Origin: Christensenellaceae bacterium
GTDB lineage: Bacteria; Bacillota; Clostridia; Christensenellales; UBA1750
DNA: 64,000 nucleotides
Direction: 5' to 3'
Assembly: GCA_031280685.1 (NCBI GenBank)
Contig: JAITGM010000020.1
Coordinates: 21,755-85,754, forward strand
The position numbers and the translations under genes were made by a program. Numbering within the stretch: position 1 is the stretch's first letter; every line of letters begins with the position of its first letter. Under the pieces are notes generated by a model. That model did no database searches. It was not told the DNA's origin and was given only the letters and a program-made list of their open reading frames with translations. Below, one piece after another: positions 9,178-18,914 of the stretch.

Positions 9178-10545
9178 ATGGGCTGCAAGGGGCAAGGGCT
9201 GTTTATGGGCAAGAGGGTCTTGGTCGCCGGCATGGCGCGCTCCGGCGTGGCGGCGGCCTCGCTTTTGAGCGCGATCGGCGCAGAGGTAACGATTTATGAC
9301 CAAAAGGGCGAAGCGGAGCTGGCCGAGGCGCTAAAGCCGCTGGAAGCACTGCCGATCAAGAGGGTTTTGGGCCGCGAACCGGAGCTTGCGGGCTTCGATC
9401 TGCTCGTGACGAGCCCCGGCATCCCGCTCACTGCCCCCATTTTGAGGGGCGCCGCGCAAAGGGGGCTGAAAACCATCGGCGAGCTTGAGCTGGCCAGCAG
9501 GCTCTGCCCGGCGCCCATCATCGCGGTGAGCGGCACCAACGGCAAGACCACGACGGTCACGCTGCTGGGCGAGATCTTTCAAAACGCCGGACGGCTGAGT
9601 TTCGTGGTGGGCAACGTAGGCCTGCCCTTTTCACAGGAGCTGCCCAAGATCAAGCCCGAGGACATCGTGATCGCCGAGGTTTCCTCCTTCCAGCTCGAAA
9701 CCATCGAAAGCTTTCGCCCCGAGACCTCCCTGCTGCTCAACATCACCGAAGATCACCTCAACCGCCATGGCTCGATGGAGGAATATATCCGCCTAAAGGC
9801 ACGTATCTTTGAAAACCAAAGCGGCGAAGACTGCGTGATCCTGAACCTGGACGATCCGCTTCTGCGCGATCTCGCCCCGAAGGCGAAATGCAGACTGGCC
9901 TATTTTTCCCTCGAAAAGCAGGTGAAATACGGCTGCTTTTTAGAAGAAGGCTACGTCGCCTTCGCCGAAAAGGGCGAGGTGAAGCGCATCGTTTTGGCGG
10001 ATGAAATTCGCCTGCCCGGCAAGCATAACCTGCAAAACTCCCTCGCTGCCGCCACGGCCGCGATGATCGCGGGCGTGCCCGCGCCGGTGATCCGCCACAC
10101 GCTCAAGACCTTCGCGGGCGTAGAGCACCGCATTGAAACCGTGCGCGTGCTGGGCGGCGTCACCTACATCAACGACTCAAAGGGCACGAACGTGGATGCT
10201 TCCATCATGGCGGTGCGCGCGATGAAGGCCGGCAGCGTGCTGATCGCCGGCGGCTACGATAAGCACACGGACTTTTTGCCCTTCGCGGAGGAAATCGCCA
10301 GGAGCAAGATCCATACCGTGGTGCTGATCGGCGAAACCAGGGGGCAAATTGAAGGGGCGCTGCGCCAGGTCGGGTTTTCGGCCATCGAGATGGCCGAAAG
10401 CTTCAAAGAGGCCGTCGTCTTGGCCGGGGAGCGTGCAAAAAGCGGCGAAAACGTGCTGCTTTCGCCGGCCTGCGCCAGCTTTGATATGTTCAAGGACTAT
10501 GAGGAGCGCGGCCGCGTCTTTAAGGAGATCGTCAACGCGCTATAG
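9178..10545 (+). CDS. murD: UDP-N-acetylmuramoylalanine--D-glutamate ligase
   Basis: N-terminal Rossmann segment (VLVAGMARSGVAAA), P-loop GTNGKTTT and a Mur ligase C-terminal domain. ATG 9178 lies 7 nt after GGAGGGG; the alternative start is ATG 9205. Confidence 0.92.
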   Translation: MGCKGQGLFMGKRVLVAGMARSGVAAASLLSAIGAEVTIYDQKGEAELAEALKPLEALPIKRVLGREPELAGFDLLVTSPGIPLTAPILRGAAQRGLKTIGELELASRLCPAPIIAVSGTNGKTTTVTLLGEIFQNAGRLSFVVGNVGLPFSQELPKIKPEDIVIAEVSSFQLETIESFRPETSLLLNITEDHLNRHGSMEEYIRLKARIFENQSGEDCVILNLDDPLLRDLAPKAKCRLAYFSLEKQVKYGCFLEEGYVAFAEKGEVKRIVLADEIRLPGKHNLQNSLAAATAAMIAGVPAPVIRHTLKTFAGVEHRIETVRVLGGVTYINDSKGTNVDASIMAVRAMKAGSVLIAGGYDKHTDFLPFAEEIARSKIHTVVLIGETRGQIEGALRQVGFSAIEMAESFKEAVVLAGERAKSGENVLLSPACASFDMFKDYEERGRVFKEIVNAL

Positions 10546-10581
10546 CTAAAGAGGAAAAAAGTCGAAGGGGAGGGCTGAACC

Positions 10582-12021
10582 ATGCCCAGCGGCGGGATGC
10601 GCAGCGGAAACCGGAACGAGAGGCGGGCGGGGCGCCCCGGCCCCTTTGGCATCGTGGACTCCTCAAGGGAAAGGAGCCGCAGCGAGCGCATCGAGGATTC
10701 CATCCACGCGCGCAAGGGCTTTGCGAGCGAAACCTTCACGCCCTTAAGCGGGGTGCGCAGGCCTGCGGCGCGAAGCGGCCGCGAGGGGAAAGAGCCTGGG
10801 CCGGAAGAAAGAATTCGGCTTTTCGTGTTTGGGCAAGGCCTGAGCTTTGACTATGGCGTGCTGATTTTGACCTTCGTTTTGATGGTCGTGGGGCTGCTGA
10901 TGGTGCTTTCGGCCTCGAGCTACGAGGGCATCGTGCGCTCGTCGGATTCGCTCGCAGAGTTCCGCAACCAGGCGCTCTGGGCGGCCATCGGCTTTTCGCT
11001 CATGCTGCTCATCATGAATATCGACTACCGGGTGCTCAAGAGGCCTTGGGTCGTGGGCGCGGGCGTGGGGCTTACCCTGCTGATGCTGCTGGCCGTCATC
11101 GCGCTGCCCAAGCTGGTCAGCGGTCCGCCGATTTGGAGCCCCTACGTCAATTACTCGCACCGCTGGCTGCGCGTGGGCACTTCCTCCGCCTTTTTGTCGG
11201 TTCAGCCCTCTGAAATCGCCAAGATCACGCTAATCCTCTTCCTTGCCTGGTTCTTCGACCGGCAGGCAGAGCAGATGAAGAGCTTAAAAAAGACCATCAT
11301 TCCGGCGCTTGCCATCGCGGGCAGCTATGCCGGGCTGATTCTTTTGCAGCCCAACCTTTCTACCCTTGGGGCTATCCTGATCGTGACGCTCTTAATGATG
11401 TATGTGGCTGGCAGCCGCTGGTGGGTCAATACCGGCCTGATCGCGGCCGGCGTGGCCTTCATCGTAACGGTTTTGCAGTTCATGCCAGATCGGCTCAAGC
11501 GCTACACCTCCTTCCGCGACCCTTGGGCGGTGGCGCAGGGCGACGGCTGGCAGCTGGTGCAGTCCTACTTCGCGCTGGCAAACGGCCGCTGGGCGGGCAC
11601 GGGCATCGGGATGTCGCGCCAAAAACTGCTGTTTTTGCCCTATTCCTCGTCGGATTTCATCTTCGCCATCGTGGGGGAGGAGCTGGGCTTCATCGGGGCC
11701 TCGGTCATCCTCATCGGCTTCATGCTGCTGATCTTTTTCGGCATCCGGGTGGCGCTGAACGCGCAGGACCGCTTCGGCTGCTACCTGGCATCGGGCACCA
11801 CGATGATGCTGGCCGTGCAGGTGGTGATCAACATACTGGTCGTCACCGGGTGGATGCCGACCACCGGCCTGCCGCTGCCCTTCTTCACGGCCGGGGGTAC
11901 CACGCTGATGATCTTTCTTTGCTCGATGGGCCTGCTCTTATCGGTTTCCAGGCGCAAAAACGCCTTCGTGCGCAAGATCAGCCCAAGCCCAGCCGGGCGC
12001 GGCCTGAAATCGGCGCTGTGA
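10582..12021 (+). CDS. ftsW: SEDS-family peptidoglycan glycosyltransferase FtsW/SpoVE with ~95-aa basic N-terminal extension
   Basis: Motifs PSEIAKI, SSDFIFAIVGEELGFIG and TTGLPLPFFTAGGT. ATG 10582 lies 6 nt after AAGGGGAGGG, so the R/S/E-rich extension appears to be translated. Confidence 0.9.
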   Translation: MPSGGMRSGNRNERRAGRPGPFGIVDSSRERSRSERIEDSIHARKGFASETFTPLSGVRRPAARSGREGKEPGPEERIRLFVFGQGLSFDYGVLILTFVLMVVGLLMVLSASSYEGIVRSSDSLAEFRNQALWAAIGFSLMLLIMNIDYRVLKRPWVVGAGVGLTLLMLLAVIALPKLVSGPPIWSPYVNYSHRWLRVGTSSAFLSVQPSEIAKITLILFLAWFFDRQAEQMKSLKKTIIPALAIAGSYAGLILLQPNLSTLGAILIVTLLMMYVAGSRWWVNTGLIAAGVAFIVTVLQFMPDRLKRYTSFRDPWAVAQGDGWQLVQSYFALANGRWAGTGIGMSRQKLLFLPYSSSDFIFAIVGEELGFIGASVILIGFMLLIFFGIRVALNAQDRFGCYLASGTTMMLAVQVVINILVVTGWMPTTGLPLPFFTAGGTTLMIFLCSMGLLLSVSRRKNAFVRKISPSPAGRGLKSAL

Positions 12022-12118
12022 GGCCCAAAGGCCGGCCGTAAGGCGAGCCGCGCGCACACATTTTTCCTTCCCTTCATAGGATACCGCGGTACCCGGAAGG
12101 AAGAAGGAGGAATGGCGC

Positions 12119-13378
12119 GTGACTGCCTTTCGAATTTTGGGCGGTAGGCCCTTGAATGGGGAAATCGGCATTAAGGGGGCGAAGAACGCGGTCTTGCCGC
12201 TGCTGGCGGCCGCGCTCCTCGTCAGCGGCGAGGTTCTGCTTCGCGACTGCCCAAGACTCAACGACATAGACCATATGCTGGAAATTCTTGCTGCAATCGG
12301 CTGCCAGGTGCGTTGGGAAGGGCAAAATATCGCCATAGACGCGGGGAATGCGGCGGAGCACCGCATGCCGGAGGAGCTTTCCAAGCGGATGCGCTCGTCG
12401 ATCTTCATGCTGGGGCCGGCTTTGGCCCGCTTTGGCAAGGCGCGCTTCAGTTACCCGGGCGGCTGCGAGATTGGCCTTAGGCCGATCGACCTGCACCTTT
12501 CCTCCCTGCGGGCGATGGGCGCGCAGATCATCGAGGAGCGCGGGCATATCTATTGCTCGGGCAAGCTGATCGGGGCGAAAATCCACCTGGATTACCCCTC
12601 GGTCGGCGCGACCGAGAACATCATGATGGCTGCGGTCGGCGCACAAGGCGACACGGTGATCTATAACGCCGCGCGCGAGCCCGAAATCGAGGATTTGGCG
12701 GCCTTTTTAAACGCCTGCGGGGCCGAAATCAAGGGCGCGGGGCAGAGCAGCATCGAGATTCGGGGCGGAACCCCGCTGAAGGCCTGCGAATATGTCCCGC
12801 TCAGGGATCGAATCGTGGCGGGCACCTTGCTGGTGGGCGCCGCGATGACCGGGGGCGAGGTCTTCGCCAAGGGCGCCAGGGCGAAGGATATGCAGGCTGT
12901 GCTCCAGAAGCTTTCGGAGATGGGCTGCACCATCGGCATGGAAGAAGGCGGCGTGCGCGTGCGCGGCCCCAAGGCCTTAAAGGCCGTGCGCAGGGTCGAA
13001 ACCAACCCCCACCCAAGCTTCCCGACCGATATGCAGGCGCAGATCATGTCCGCGCTCTGCGTGGCCAGGGGCAGCTCGGTCGTAGTCGAGAACGTGTTTG
13101 AAAGCAGGTTCGGCCACGCAGCGGAGCTTTGCCGTATGGGTGCCGATATTCAAATAGACGGCAAGATTGCGGTAGTGCGCGGGGTAAAGCGGCTTTATGG
13201 CGCGAAGGTCGTTTCGCGCGATCTGCGCGGCGGCGCCGCATTGACGCTGGCCGGCCTTCGGGCCGTGGGGGAAACGATTGTGACCGAGGTGGAGCTGATC
13301 GACCGGGGTTATGAGCGAATGGAAGAGATGCTGCGTTGCCTCGGGGCAGGGATTGAGCGGATAGAAACGGAGGAGTAG
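12119..13378 (+). CDS. murA: UDP-N-acetylglucosamine 1-carboxyvinyltransferase
   Basis: MTAFRILGGRPLNGEIGIKGAKNAVLPLLAA N-terminus. The active-site Cys is present in YPGGCEIGLRPIDLH. GTG start follows GAAGGAGGAA. Confidence 0.93.
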   Translation: MTAFRILGGRPLNGEIGIKGAKNAVLPLLAAALLVSGEVLLRDCPRLNDIDHMLEILAAIGCQVRWEGQNIAIDAGNAAEHRMPEELSKRMRSSIFMLGPALARFGKARFSYPGGCEIGLRPIDLHLSSLRAMGAQIIEERGHIYCSGKLIGAKIHLDYPSVGATENIMMAAVGAQGDTVIYNAAREPEIEDLAAFLNACGAEIKGAGQSSIEIRGGTPLKACEYVPLRDRIVAGTLLVGAAMTGGEVFAKGARAKDMQAVLQKLSEMGCTIGMEEGGVRVRGPKALKAVRRVETNPHPSFPTDMQAQIMSALCVARGSSVVVENVFESRFGHAAELCRMGADIQIDGKIAVVRGVKRLYGAKVVSRDLRGGAALTLAGLRAVGETIVTEVELIDRGYERMEEMLRCLGAGIERIETEE

Positions 13379-13382
13379 TGCC

Positions 13383-14186
13383 TTGCGCGCTAAGGTTTTA
13401 GGGGTTTTGTTCTTGATGCTGACGCTGCTGGCACTCTGCGTGGTGCTGGGGCTGAAGGTCTTTCTGGTCAGGCATGTGGCGGTGAACGGCCTTGTGCGCT
13501 GGGACCCCGCGGTGGTGGAAGAACTGGCCGCGCTGAGCATGGAAGAGAGCGTCTTTCAGGTCAATTTCAGGCAGGTTCGCGAAAACATAGAGGCAAACCC
13601 TTACTTTGAAGTTGTTTACATCGGCTTTTCGCTGCCAGACACCGTGGTGATCGAGCTGCGCGAACGCCAGCAGAGCGCCGCGGTTCAATTTGGCGGCGAA
13701 ACGCTGATCGCGGATGAGGACGGCTTCGTGCTCGAGAGCAGGCCGGCCCTTGGAGATCTGCGCGTGCCCGTGGTTTCGGGGTTGGAGCTTTTAGGCTTTG
13801 AAGCCGGGGCGAAGCTTGAGGCGGCGCAGCCCCTGCAGATGGATGCGCTGCGCCTCCTTTTGCTTGGCCTGCGGGAAGAGGAGCTCTTGCAATCGGTGGC
13901 TGAGATCAATCTGGGCAACCCATCCGCGATGTATTTGATGACCGCGGATGGCTTCACCGTGGAGCTTGGGAACATAGAAAACCTCGCTAAAAAGCTCAAG
14001 TGGTTCGGCGCGGCTTGGGCGGTTTTGGTATCTGAAGGCAAAACTCCGGGCATTATAACCGTGAGCACCGGGGATGCCGCGTATTACCGCCCCGCGCAAG
14101 AGGGCGGCGAGGGCCTGGATCTGCTGCCCGATGATTCTTCGGGGGACGAGCCCCCGGAAGGGGATGCGGAGCCCTTGGCCCCCTAA
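13383..14186 (+). CDS. ftsQ: Cell-division protein FtsQ/DivIB (POTRA domain)
   Basis: TTG start lies 9 nt after GGAGGAG. It has an N-terminal TM, a POTRA-like segment (VRHVAVNGLVRWDP...VVIELRER) and a beta domain. Its position before DUF881/ftsA matches the Bacillus dcw order. Confidence 0.8.
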   Translation: MRAKVLGVLFLMLTLLALCVVLGLKVFLVRHVAVNGLVRWDPAVVEELAALSMEESVFQVNFRQVRENIEANPYFEVVYIGFSLPDTVVIELRERQQSAAVQFGGETLIADEDGFVLESRPALGDLRVPVVSGLELLGFEAGAKLEAAQPLQMDALRLLLLGLREEELLQSVAEINLGNPSAMYLMTADGFTVELGNIENLAKKLKWFGAAWAVLVSEGKTPGIITVSTGDAAYYRPAQEGGEGLDLLPDDSSGDEPPEGDAEPLAP

Positions 14187-14197
14187 ATCCCCCTGCT

Positions 14198-14881
14198 TTG
14201 AGGGAGGAAAACCGCTTGTTGGGCCAAAAGTGGAAATTCGGCCTGCCCATGGCGGCGCTGGCCGCAATATTCGGGCTTTTTTGCGCGCTTTTGCTCAGGA
14301 GCGGCGCCGGCCTTTATGGGCGGAGCGAAGGCGGCGTGGCGGAGCTGGACGCGCGGGCGCGCCAGTTGCTGGCCGATAACGAGATTTTGAGTCAGCGTGT
14401 GGAGGCGCTTTCGCAAGAGCTGTGGACCGCCAAGAGCGCAAAGCTTTCGGAGGCCGAAGCGACGCGTTATTTGGAAGGGCAGATCGAGGCGCTGCGCAGA
14501 TCTGCCGGGCTGACGGAATTGACGGGGCCCGGGGTGCGCATCACGCTGGCCGCCAGGGAGCAGAACGGCGCGCTGGTGCTCGTGAGCGACGAGGATGTGC
14601 TGCAGATCATCAACGAGCTGAACGCCAGCGGGGCCGAAGCGCTCGCGATTAACGGCGAGCGCTTCGTCGCGACGACCGAAATTAGGAAGGCCGGCGACTT
14701 CGTCTCGATCAACGCGCGGCATTACAGCGCCCCGTTTGAGATCCTGGCCATCGGCAACGCGCAGACGCTGTATGCGGCGATGTTCCTCTATGGCGGCGCG
14801 GTGGAAAGGCTCGAGCGCTGGGTGGATATTCGGGTGGAGATGAGCGAGGAGCTCAGCGTGCCTGCCTTCCGGGGGGCTTAG
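14198..14881 (+). CDS. DUF881 (YlxW-like) division-cluster membrane protein
   Basis: TM plus coiled coil, then LTGPGVRITL...DEDVLQIINELNASGAEALAINGERF...PFEILAIGN, the DUF881 signature. The start is uncertain (TTG 14198, 14216 or 14219). Confidence 0.8.
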   Translation: MREENRLLGQKWKFGLPMAALAAIFGLFCALLLRSGAGLYGRSEGGVAELDARARQLLADNEILSQRVEALSQELWTAKSAKLSEAEATRYLEGQIEALRRSAGLTELTGPGVRITLAAREQNGALVLVSDEDVLQIINELNASGAEALAINGERFVATTEIRKAGDFVSINARHYSAPFEILAIGNAQTLYAAMFLYGGAVERLERWVDIRVEMSEELSVPAFRGA

Positions 14882-14886
14882 CGGCT

Positions 14887-15576
14887 GTGCGCGCCTGGAA
14901 GGCTGCCCTTTTGCTGGTGATTGGCCTTGGGCTAGGGCTTTTCCCCGCAATATTTCTTGGAAATAGCCGCGCGGGCAAGGCCGAGGCCGAGCTTTTGCGC
15001 GAGATTGAGCGGCAGGAAGGCCGCCAGCGCCTTTTGCGGGAGGAAGAGGGCAGGCTCGAGCGCTGGCTGGAGCTAGCGGAGCAGGAGGCGGCTGCCGAAA
15101 CGGATTTGAGCGCGGCTCTGCGCGCCAGGGAGCAGGAGGCCGAGGAGGCCGCGGGGATGCGCGGGTTGACCGGCCCTGGGCTTGAGCTGGAACTGGACGA
15201 CGCGCCGCGGGAAAGGATCCCAGCCGGGATCGACTACGCCTACTTCATGGTGCACGACCGGGATCTGCTCTATATCGTCAACGAGCTGCGCGCGGCGGGG
15301 GCGAAGGCGATCGCCATCAACGGCGAAAGGCTCACGGCCACCTCGCCCATCATCTGCAGGGGGCCGACGATCTACATCGCGCGGAATTCCTTCGCGCCGC
15401 CCTATGTGGTTTCCGTCCTGGGCGAGCAGGAGGCTTTGCTGCGGGCCGCGCGGGAGGCCATTCCTCGCTTCATGGGGATTTCCTATACGATTCGTGTGCA
15501 AGAAGCGCTTTTCATGCCATCGGCCAGGGGATTTAGGCCCGTAGCCGAGGGGCCGGGCGGCAGGGCGGCGGAATAA
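14887..15576 (+). CDS. DUF881 (YlxX-like) division-cluster membrane protein, paralog of the previous gene
   Basis: LTGPGLELELDD...DRDLLYIVNELRAAGAKAIAINGERL...PYVVSVLGE. Same architecture as 14198-14881. Confidence 0.8.
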   Translation: MRAWKAALLLVIGLGLGLFPAIFLGNSRAGKAEAELLREIERQEGRQRLLREEEGRLERWLELAEQEAAAETDLSAALRAREQEAEEAAGMRGLTGPGLELELDDAPRERIPAGIDYAYFMVHDRDLLYIVNELRAAGAKAIAINGERLTATSPIICRGPTIYIARNSFAPPYVVSVLGEQEALLRAAREAIPRFMGISYTIRVQEALFMPSARGFRPVAEGPGGRAAE

Positions 15577-15618
15577 ACCCCGGCTCGCGCGCGGCGGGCC
15601 TTGGAGGGAGGATTTTTG

Positions 15619-15978
15619 ATGTGGATTTTGATTGGGGCCGTTTTGGGCCTCGCCGCCGGGCTGCTTTTGCCCGTCTCCCTTCCAAAGGGAGCAGAGGGCT
15701 TTTTGCTGGTGGGTATTCTTTGGCTGGGCGGCCTGCTTCTGGAAGCGCTCGCTGGCAGGGGCATGGAAGAGGGGCGCGGCATGGTCTTGCCGCTGCGCGC
15801 CGCGCTCGAAGGCGCCCTGCTCGGCTGCCTTTTGTGGCTTGGGCGCAGGGTTGGCCTCGCCCTGGAGCAGCCCGCCATGGCGGCCCTGTTCTGGCGGCTG
15901 CTCCAGGGCTGCCGCAGGCTCTTTTGGCCACGGCCGGGCGGGAAATTCGCCCCGCCGTTGAAAGGGCCGCAATCTTAA
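15619..15978 (+). CDS. sbp: Small basic protein Sbp (DUF1290)
   Basis: ATG 15619 lies 6 nt after GGAGGGAGGA. It is ~119 aa with four predicted TM segments. Its position between the DUF881 pair and ftsA matches B. subtilis sbp. Confidence 0.65.
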   Translation: MWILIGAVLGLAAGLLLPVSLPKGAEGFLLVGILWLGGLLLEALAGRGMEEGRGMVLPLRAALEGALLGCLLWLGRRVGLALEQPAMAALFWRLLQGCRRLFWPRPGGKFAPPLKGPQS

Positions 15979-16022
15979 ATGAAGTTTTGAGGCAAAAAGA
16001 TGGGAAAATGCACGGAAGGGGC

Positions 16023-16051
16023 TTTTCAGGAGCCGCGCTTTGGAGTATAAT
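16023..16051 (+). promoter_or_regulatory. Putative sigma-A promoter for ftsA-ftsZ
   Basis: TTTTCA (16023-16028), 17-nt spacer, perfect TATAAT (16046-16051), 75 nt upstream of the ftsA ATG. Confidence 0.5.
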
Positions 16052-16125
16052 CATTAATAAAATGGGTGGAGTGCGCAAGGCAAAACTTGCCTGGCGCATT
16101 GAGATTGGGAGGCAAGGAACGAAAA

Positions 16126-17310
16126 ATGAAGAGCACGGTTGCGGCAATCGAATTTGGCAGCTCCAAGGTCGTCACACTCGTGGGGGAAGGATCGGGGAGC
16201 AGCGCCGCGCAGCTTTTGGGTTTTGGGGTCGTGCCCTATGATGGCTATTCCGAAGGCCATTGGAATATGCCCGATGAAGACGTAGACCAGGCAATCATGA
16301 ACTCCATCCGCGAGGCCGAGCTTTCTTCGGGCCGTGAAATTCGCGAGATCTACGTGGGGGTTCCGGCTGCCTTCATCCATATTGAGCAAAACGAGGTTTC
16401 ATTGACCTTCGATACCGAAAGGCGCATCGCCGAAGAAGATGTGGACGAGCTGATGGCCAAGGCGCTGAACCATTCCGCGCGCGATGGCTGGGTGGTCATC
16501 CACAGAAGCCCCGCCTGGTTCCGCGTCGGCGAAAGAACCACGATGGAGCCCGTGGGCCTGCGGGGGGATTCGATGCGCTGCATGGCTTCCTTCGTCACCG
16601 CGGATCCAAGCTTTTTAGAGGACGTGCAGGCCAGGCTTGAATCGCAGTCCGTGCGCATCACCGGCTACCTTTCGCCCTCGTTGGGCCAGGCGCTGATGCT
16701 GATCCCGCCGGAAGAACGCGACCGGATCGCCGTTTTGGTGGATGTAGGCTATCTCAACACCGAGATTCTCTTCGTGCGCGGGGACGCGCTGGTTTATCAG
16801 GAGGTCTTTGGCCTGGGCGGCGGCCACATCACCGCCGATCTTGCCTACGGCCTCAAGTTCACGATGGAGATGGCCGAGGAACTCAAGCGCAAATTCACCT
16901 TTGGCGCGGGCCAGGATTTGAGCGCGACCGATTCCTTGGGCCGCGAAGTTCACGTTTCGCGCGAAAGGGCGGCCGAGATCATCCTGCCGCGCGCCGAAGA
17001 GATCGCAGACGAAGCGCAGAAGATCATCGAGCGCGCCGGGGTCAGACTGGATTCCAGATCCGTCTTTTACCTCACCGGAGGCGGGCTTATGATGCGCGGG
17101 AACAGGGAGTATGTTTCCAATATCTTCGAAAGATCGGTCAAAACCCCGCAGCCCATGGCCGTTAAACTCAATTCCCCGATGTATTCGGCGGCGCTTGGGC
17201 TTTTGGAACTCGTTTACGAGTCGGTCAGCCAGCTCGATCTAAGGCCTGATGCATCGGGCAAGAAGGGCGGCAAGTTCGGCCAGATGGTGAAGGGTTTTTT
17301 CACCAAATAA
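16126..17310 (+). CDS. ftsA: Cell-division protein FtsA
   Basis: ATG 16126 (MKSTVAAIEFGSSKVV...). Actin-like ATPase fold motifs (VDVGYLNTEI, LTGGG). Lies directly upstream of ftsZ. Confidence 0.9.
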   Translation: MKSTVAAIEFGSSKVVTLVGEGSGSSAAQLLGFGVVPYDGYSEGHWNMPDEDVDQAIMNSIREAELSSGREIREIYVGVPAAFIHIEQNEVSLTFDTERRIAEEDVDELMAKALNHSARDGWVVIHRSPAWFRVGERTTMEPVGLRGDSMRCMASFVTADPSFLEDVQARLESQSVRITGYLSPSLGQALMLIPPEERDRIAVLVDVGYLNTEILFVRGDALVYQEVFGLGGGHITADLAYGLKFTMEMAEELKRKFTFGAGQDLSATDSLGREVHVSRERAAEIILPRAEEIADEAQKIIERAGVRLDSRSVFYLTGGGLMMRGNREYVSNIFERSVKTPQPMAVKLNSPMYSAALGLLELVYESVSQLDLRPDASGKKGGKFGQMVKGFFTK

Positions 17311-17376
17311 CGCAGGCGGTTGCAGTGCATCGCTGCCGGGCGGCAGCGGCAAATCTTTTTTTCGAGGGGGATTTTC

Positions 17377-18738
17377 GTGTTGGAATTCGAAGCGGATCAG
17401 GTTCTGGGTGCGCAGATCAAGGTTGTGGGCTGCGGCGGCGCGGGCAATAATGCAATCAACCGAATGATTGAATACGGTCTTCGCGGCGTGGAGTTCATCG
17501 CGCTGAATACCGACAGGCAGGCGCTTGGCAAGTCAAAGGCCGAAAATAAGGTTCAAATTGGCGAAAAGCTCACGCGTGGGCTGGGCGCGGGCGCAAAGCC
17601 CGCCATCGGCCAGAGCGCCGCGGAAGAGAGCAAGGAAGAGATTTCCAAGATCATTCGCGGCTCTGATTTGGTCTTCATCACGGCGGGCATGGGCGGCGGC
17701 ACGGGCACGGGCGCCGCGCCGGTGGTAGCGCAGCTCGCCAAGGAAATGGGCATTTTAACCATAGGGGTCGTGACCAAGCCCTTCCTTTTCGAGGGGCGGC
17801 AGAGGATGCTCAACGCCGAAAAGGGCATTATGGAGCTCAAGGCCCAGGTCGATACCCTGGTCGTCATCCCGAACGACAGGCTTTTGCAGATCGTGGGCAA
17901 AAACACCTCCCTGCCCGAAGCCTTCAGCATTGTGGACGACGTTTTGCGCCAGGGCATCCAAGGGATTTCGGACCTCATCGCGGTGCCCAGCCTCATCAAT
18001 CTGGACTTTGCGGATGTCAAGACCATCATGGAATCGCGCGGGATGGCGCATATGGGCATCGGCCTGGGCAAGGGCGAAAACCGCATGCTCGAAGCCGCCA
18101 AGCAGGCAATTCAGTCTCCGCTTCTGGAAACCACCATCGAAGGCGCCAGGGCAGTGCTCATCAACATCACGGGCGGCAGCTCGGTGGGCATCCTTGAGGT
18201 CAACGAGGCGGCTTCCCTCATCGCGCAGGCCGCGGATCCCGAGGCGAGCATCATCTTCGGCGCGGGCATCGACGAAAGCTTCGACGACGAGGTGCGCATT
18301 ACGGTCATCGCAACCGGCTTTGAAGGCGGGATGAACGACGGCTACGCGCCCCCGCAGCAGCCGGGGCTTGGCAATAAGCAGGTTATCCGCAGCCCTGAAA
18401 GGCCGGCTGACGAGCCGACCATCCCCTCCTGGGTGATGAGCAGCGAGCCACGCGAGCGCGAGCAGCGCCCCCTGCGCGCCCCGCGCGTGCAGCCGCCGCA
18501 GCAGCGTTACAATAATACCTACGACGAATACGACGAGGAGCCGCAGACGCAGCCCCAGCAGCCGGCGCAGGGCTATTATGACGATCGCTCCCAGCCGCAG
18601 CAGGGCCGCCAAACGCAATACAATCCCCGCGTCTATGGCAGTGAGGAGGACGTGCCCCCTTCGCCGCCGAACAGGCAGGAGTATTCGCCCGATGTGCCCG
18701 CCTTTTTGCGGCGCGGCCCCAAGAACAACAACCGCTAG
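17377..18738 (+). CDS. ftsZ: Cell-division GTPase FtsZ with ~130-aa P/Q-rich linker
   Basis: GTG 17377 lies 6 nt after GAGGGGG (VLEFEADQ...). Motifs [15 protein letters not shown] and the tubulin signature [14 protein letters not shown]-terminal conserved peptide DVPAFLRRG. Confidence 0.95.
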   Translation: MLEFEADQVLGAQIKVVGCGGAGNNAINRMIEYGLRGVEFIALNTDRQALGKSKAENKVQIGEKLTRGLGAGAKPAIGQSAAEESKEEISKIIRGSDLVFITAGMGGGTGTGAAPVVAQLAKEMGILTIGVVTKPFLFEGRQRMLNAEKGIMELKAQVDTLVVIPNDRLLQIVGKNTSLPEAFSIVDDVLRQGIQGISDLIAVPSLINLDFADVKTIMESRGMAHMGIGLGKGENRMLEAAKQAIQSPLLETTIEGARAVLINITGGSSVGILEVNEAASLIAQAADPEASIIFGAGIDESFDDEVRITVIATGFEGGMNDGYAPPQQPGLGNKQVIRSPERPADEPTIPSWVMSSEPREREQRPLRAPRVQPPQQRYNNTYDEYDEEPQTQPQQPAQGYYDDRSQPQQGRQTQYNPRVYGSEEDVPPSPPNRQEYSPDVPAFLRRGPKNNNR

Positions 18739-18745
18739 ACCAGAC

Positions 18746-18779
18746 CCCCATTGGGAATTCAACCCAATGGGGTTTTTTT
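18746..18779 (+). terminator. Rho-independent terminator after ftsZ
   Basis: Stem CCCCATTGGG (18746-18755) / CCCAATGGGG (18763-18772), followed by T7. Confidence 0.85.
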
Positions 18780-18914
18780 CGACATTTTGAGCAAATACCA
18801 CTTGCGCTTTGGAAACAACTTTGTTACAATGCTCCTAAAACATGGCACCGTGCTTCCCGGCTCGGGGAACTGTGGACCATGACCGTCTTTTGACGGCAAG
18901 AAAGGGGAATTCCC

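Noticed and set aside
10582-10860. Possibility that the FtsW N-terminal extension is an annotation artefact
   Set aside because: I did not reject the extension itself. ATG 10582 has a strong RBS (AAGGGGAGGG, 6-nt spacing). I found no equally good internal start before the first TM, so the long form is kept, but it remains unverified.
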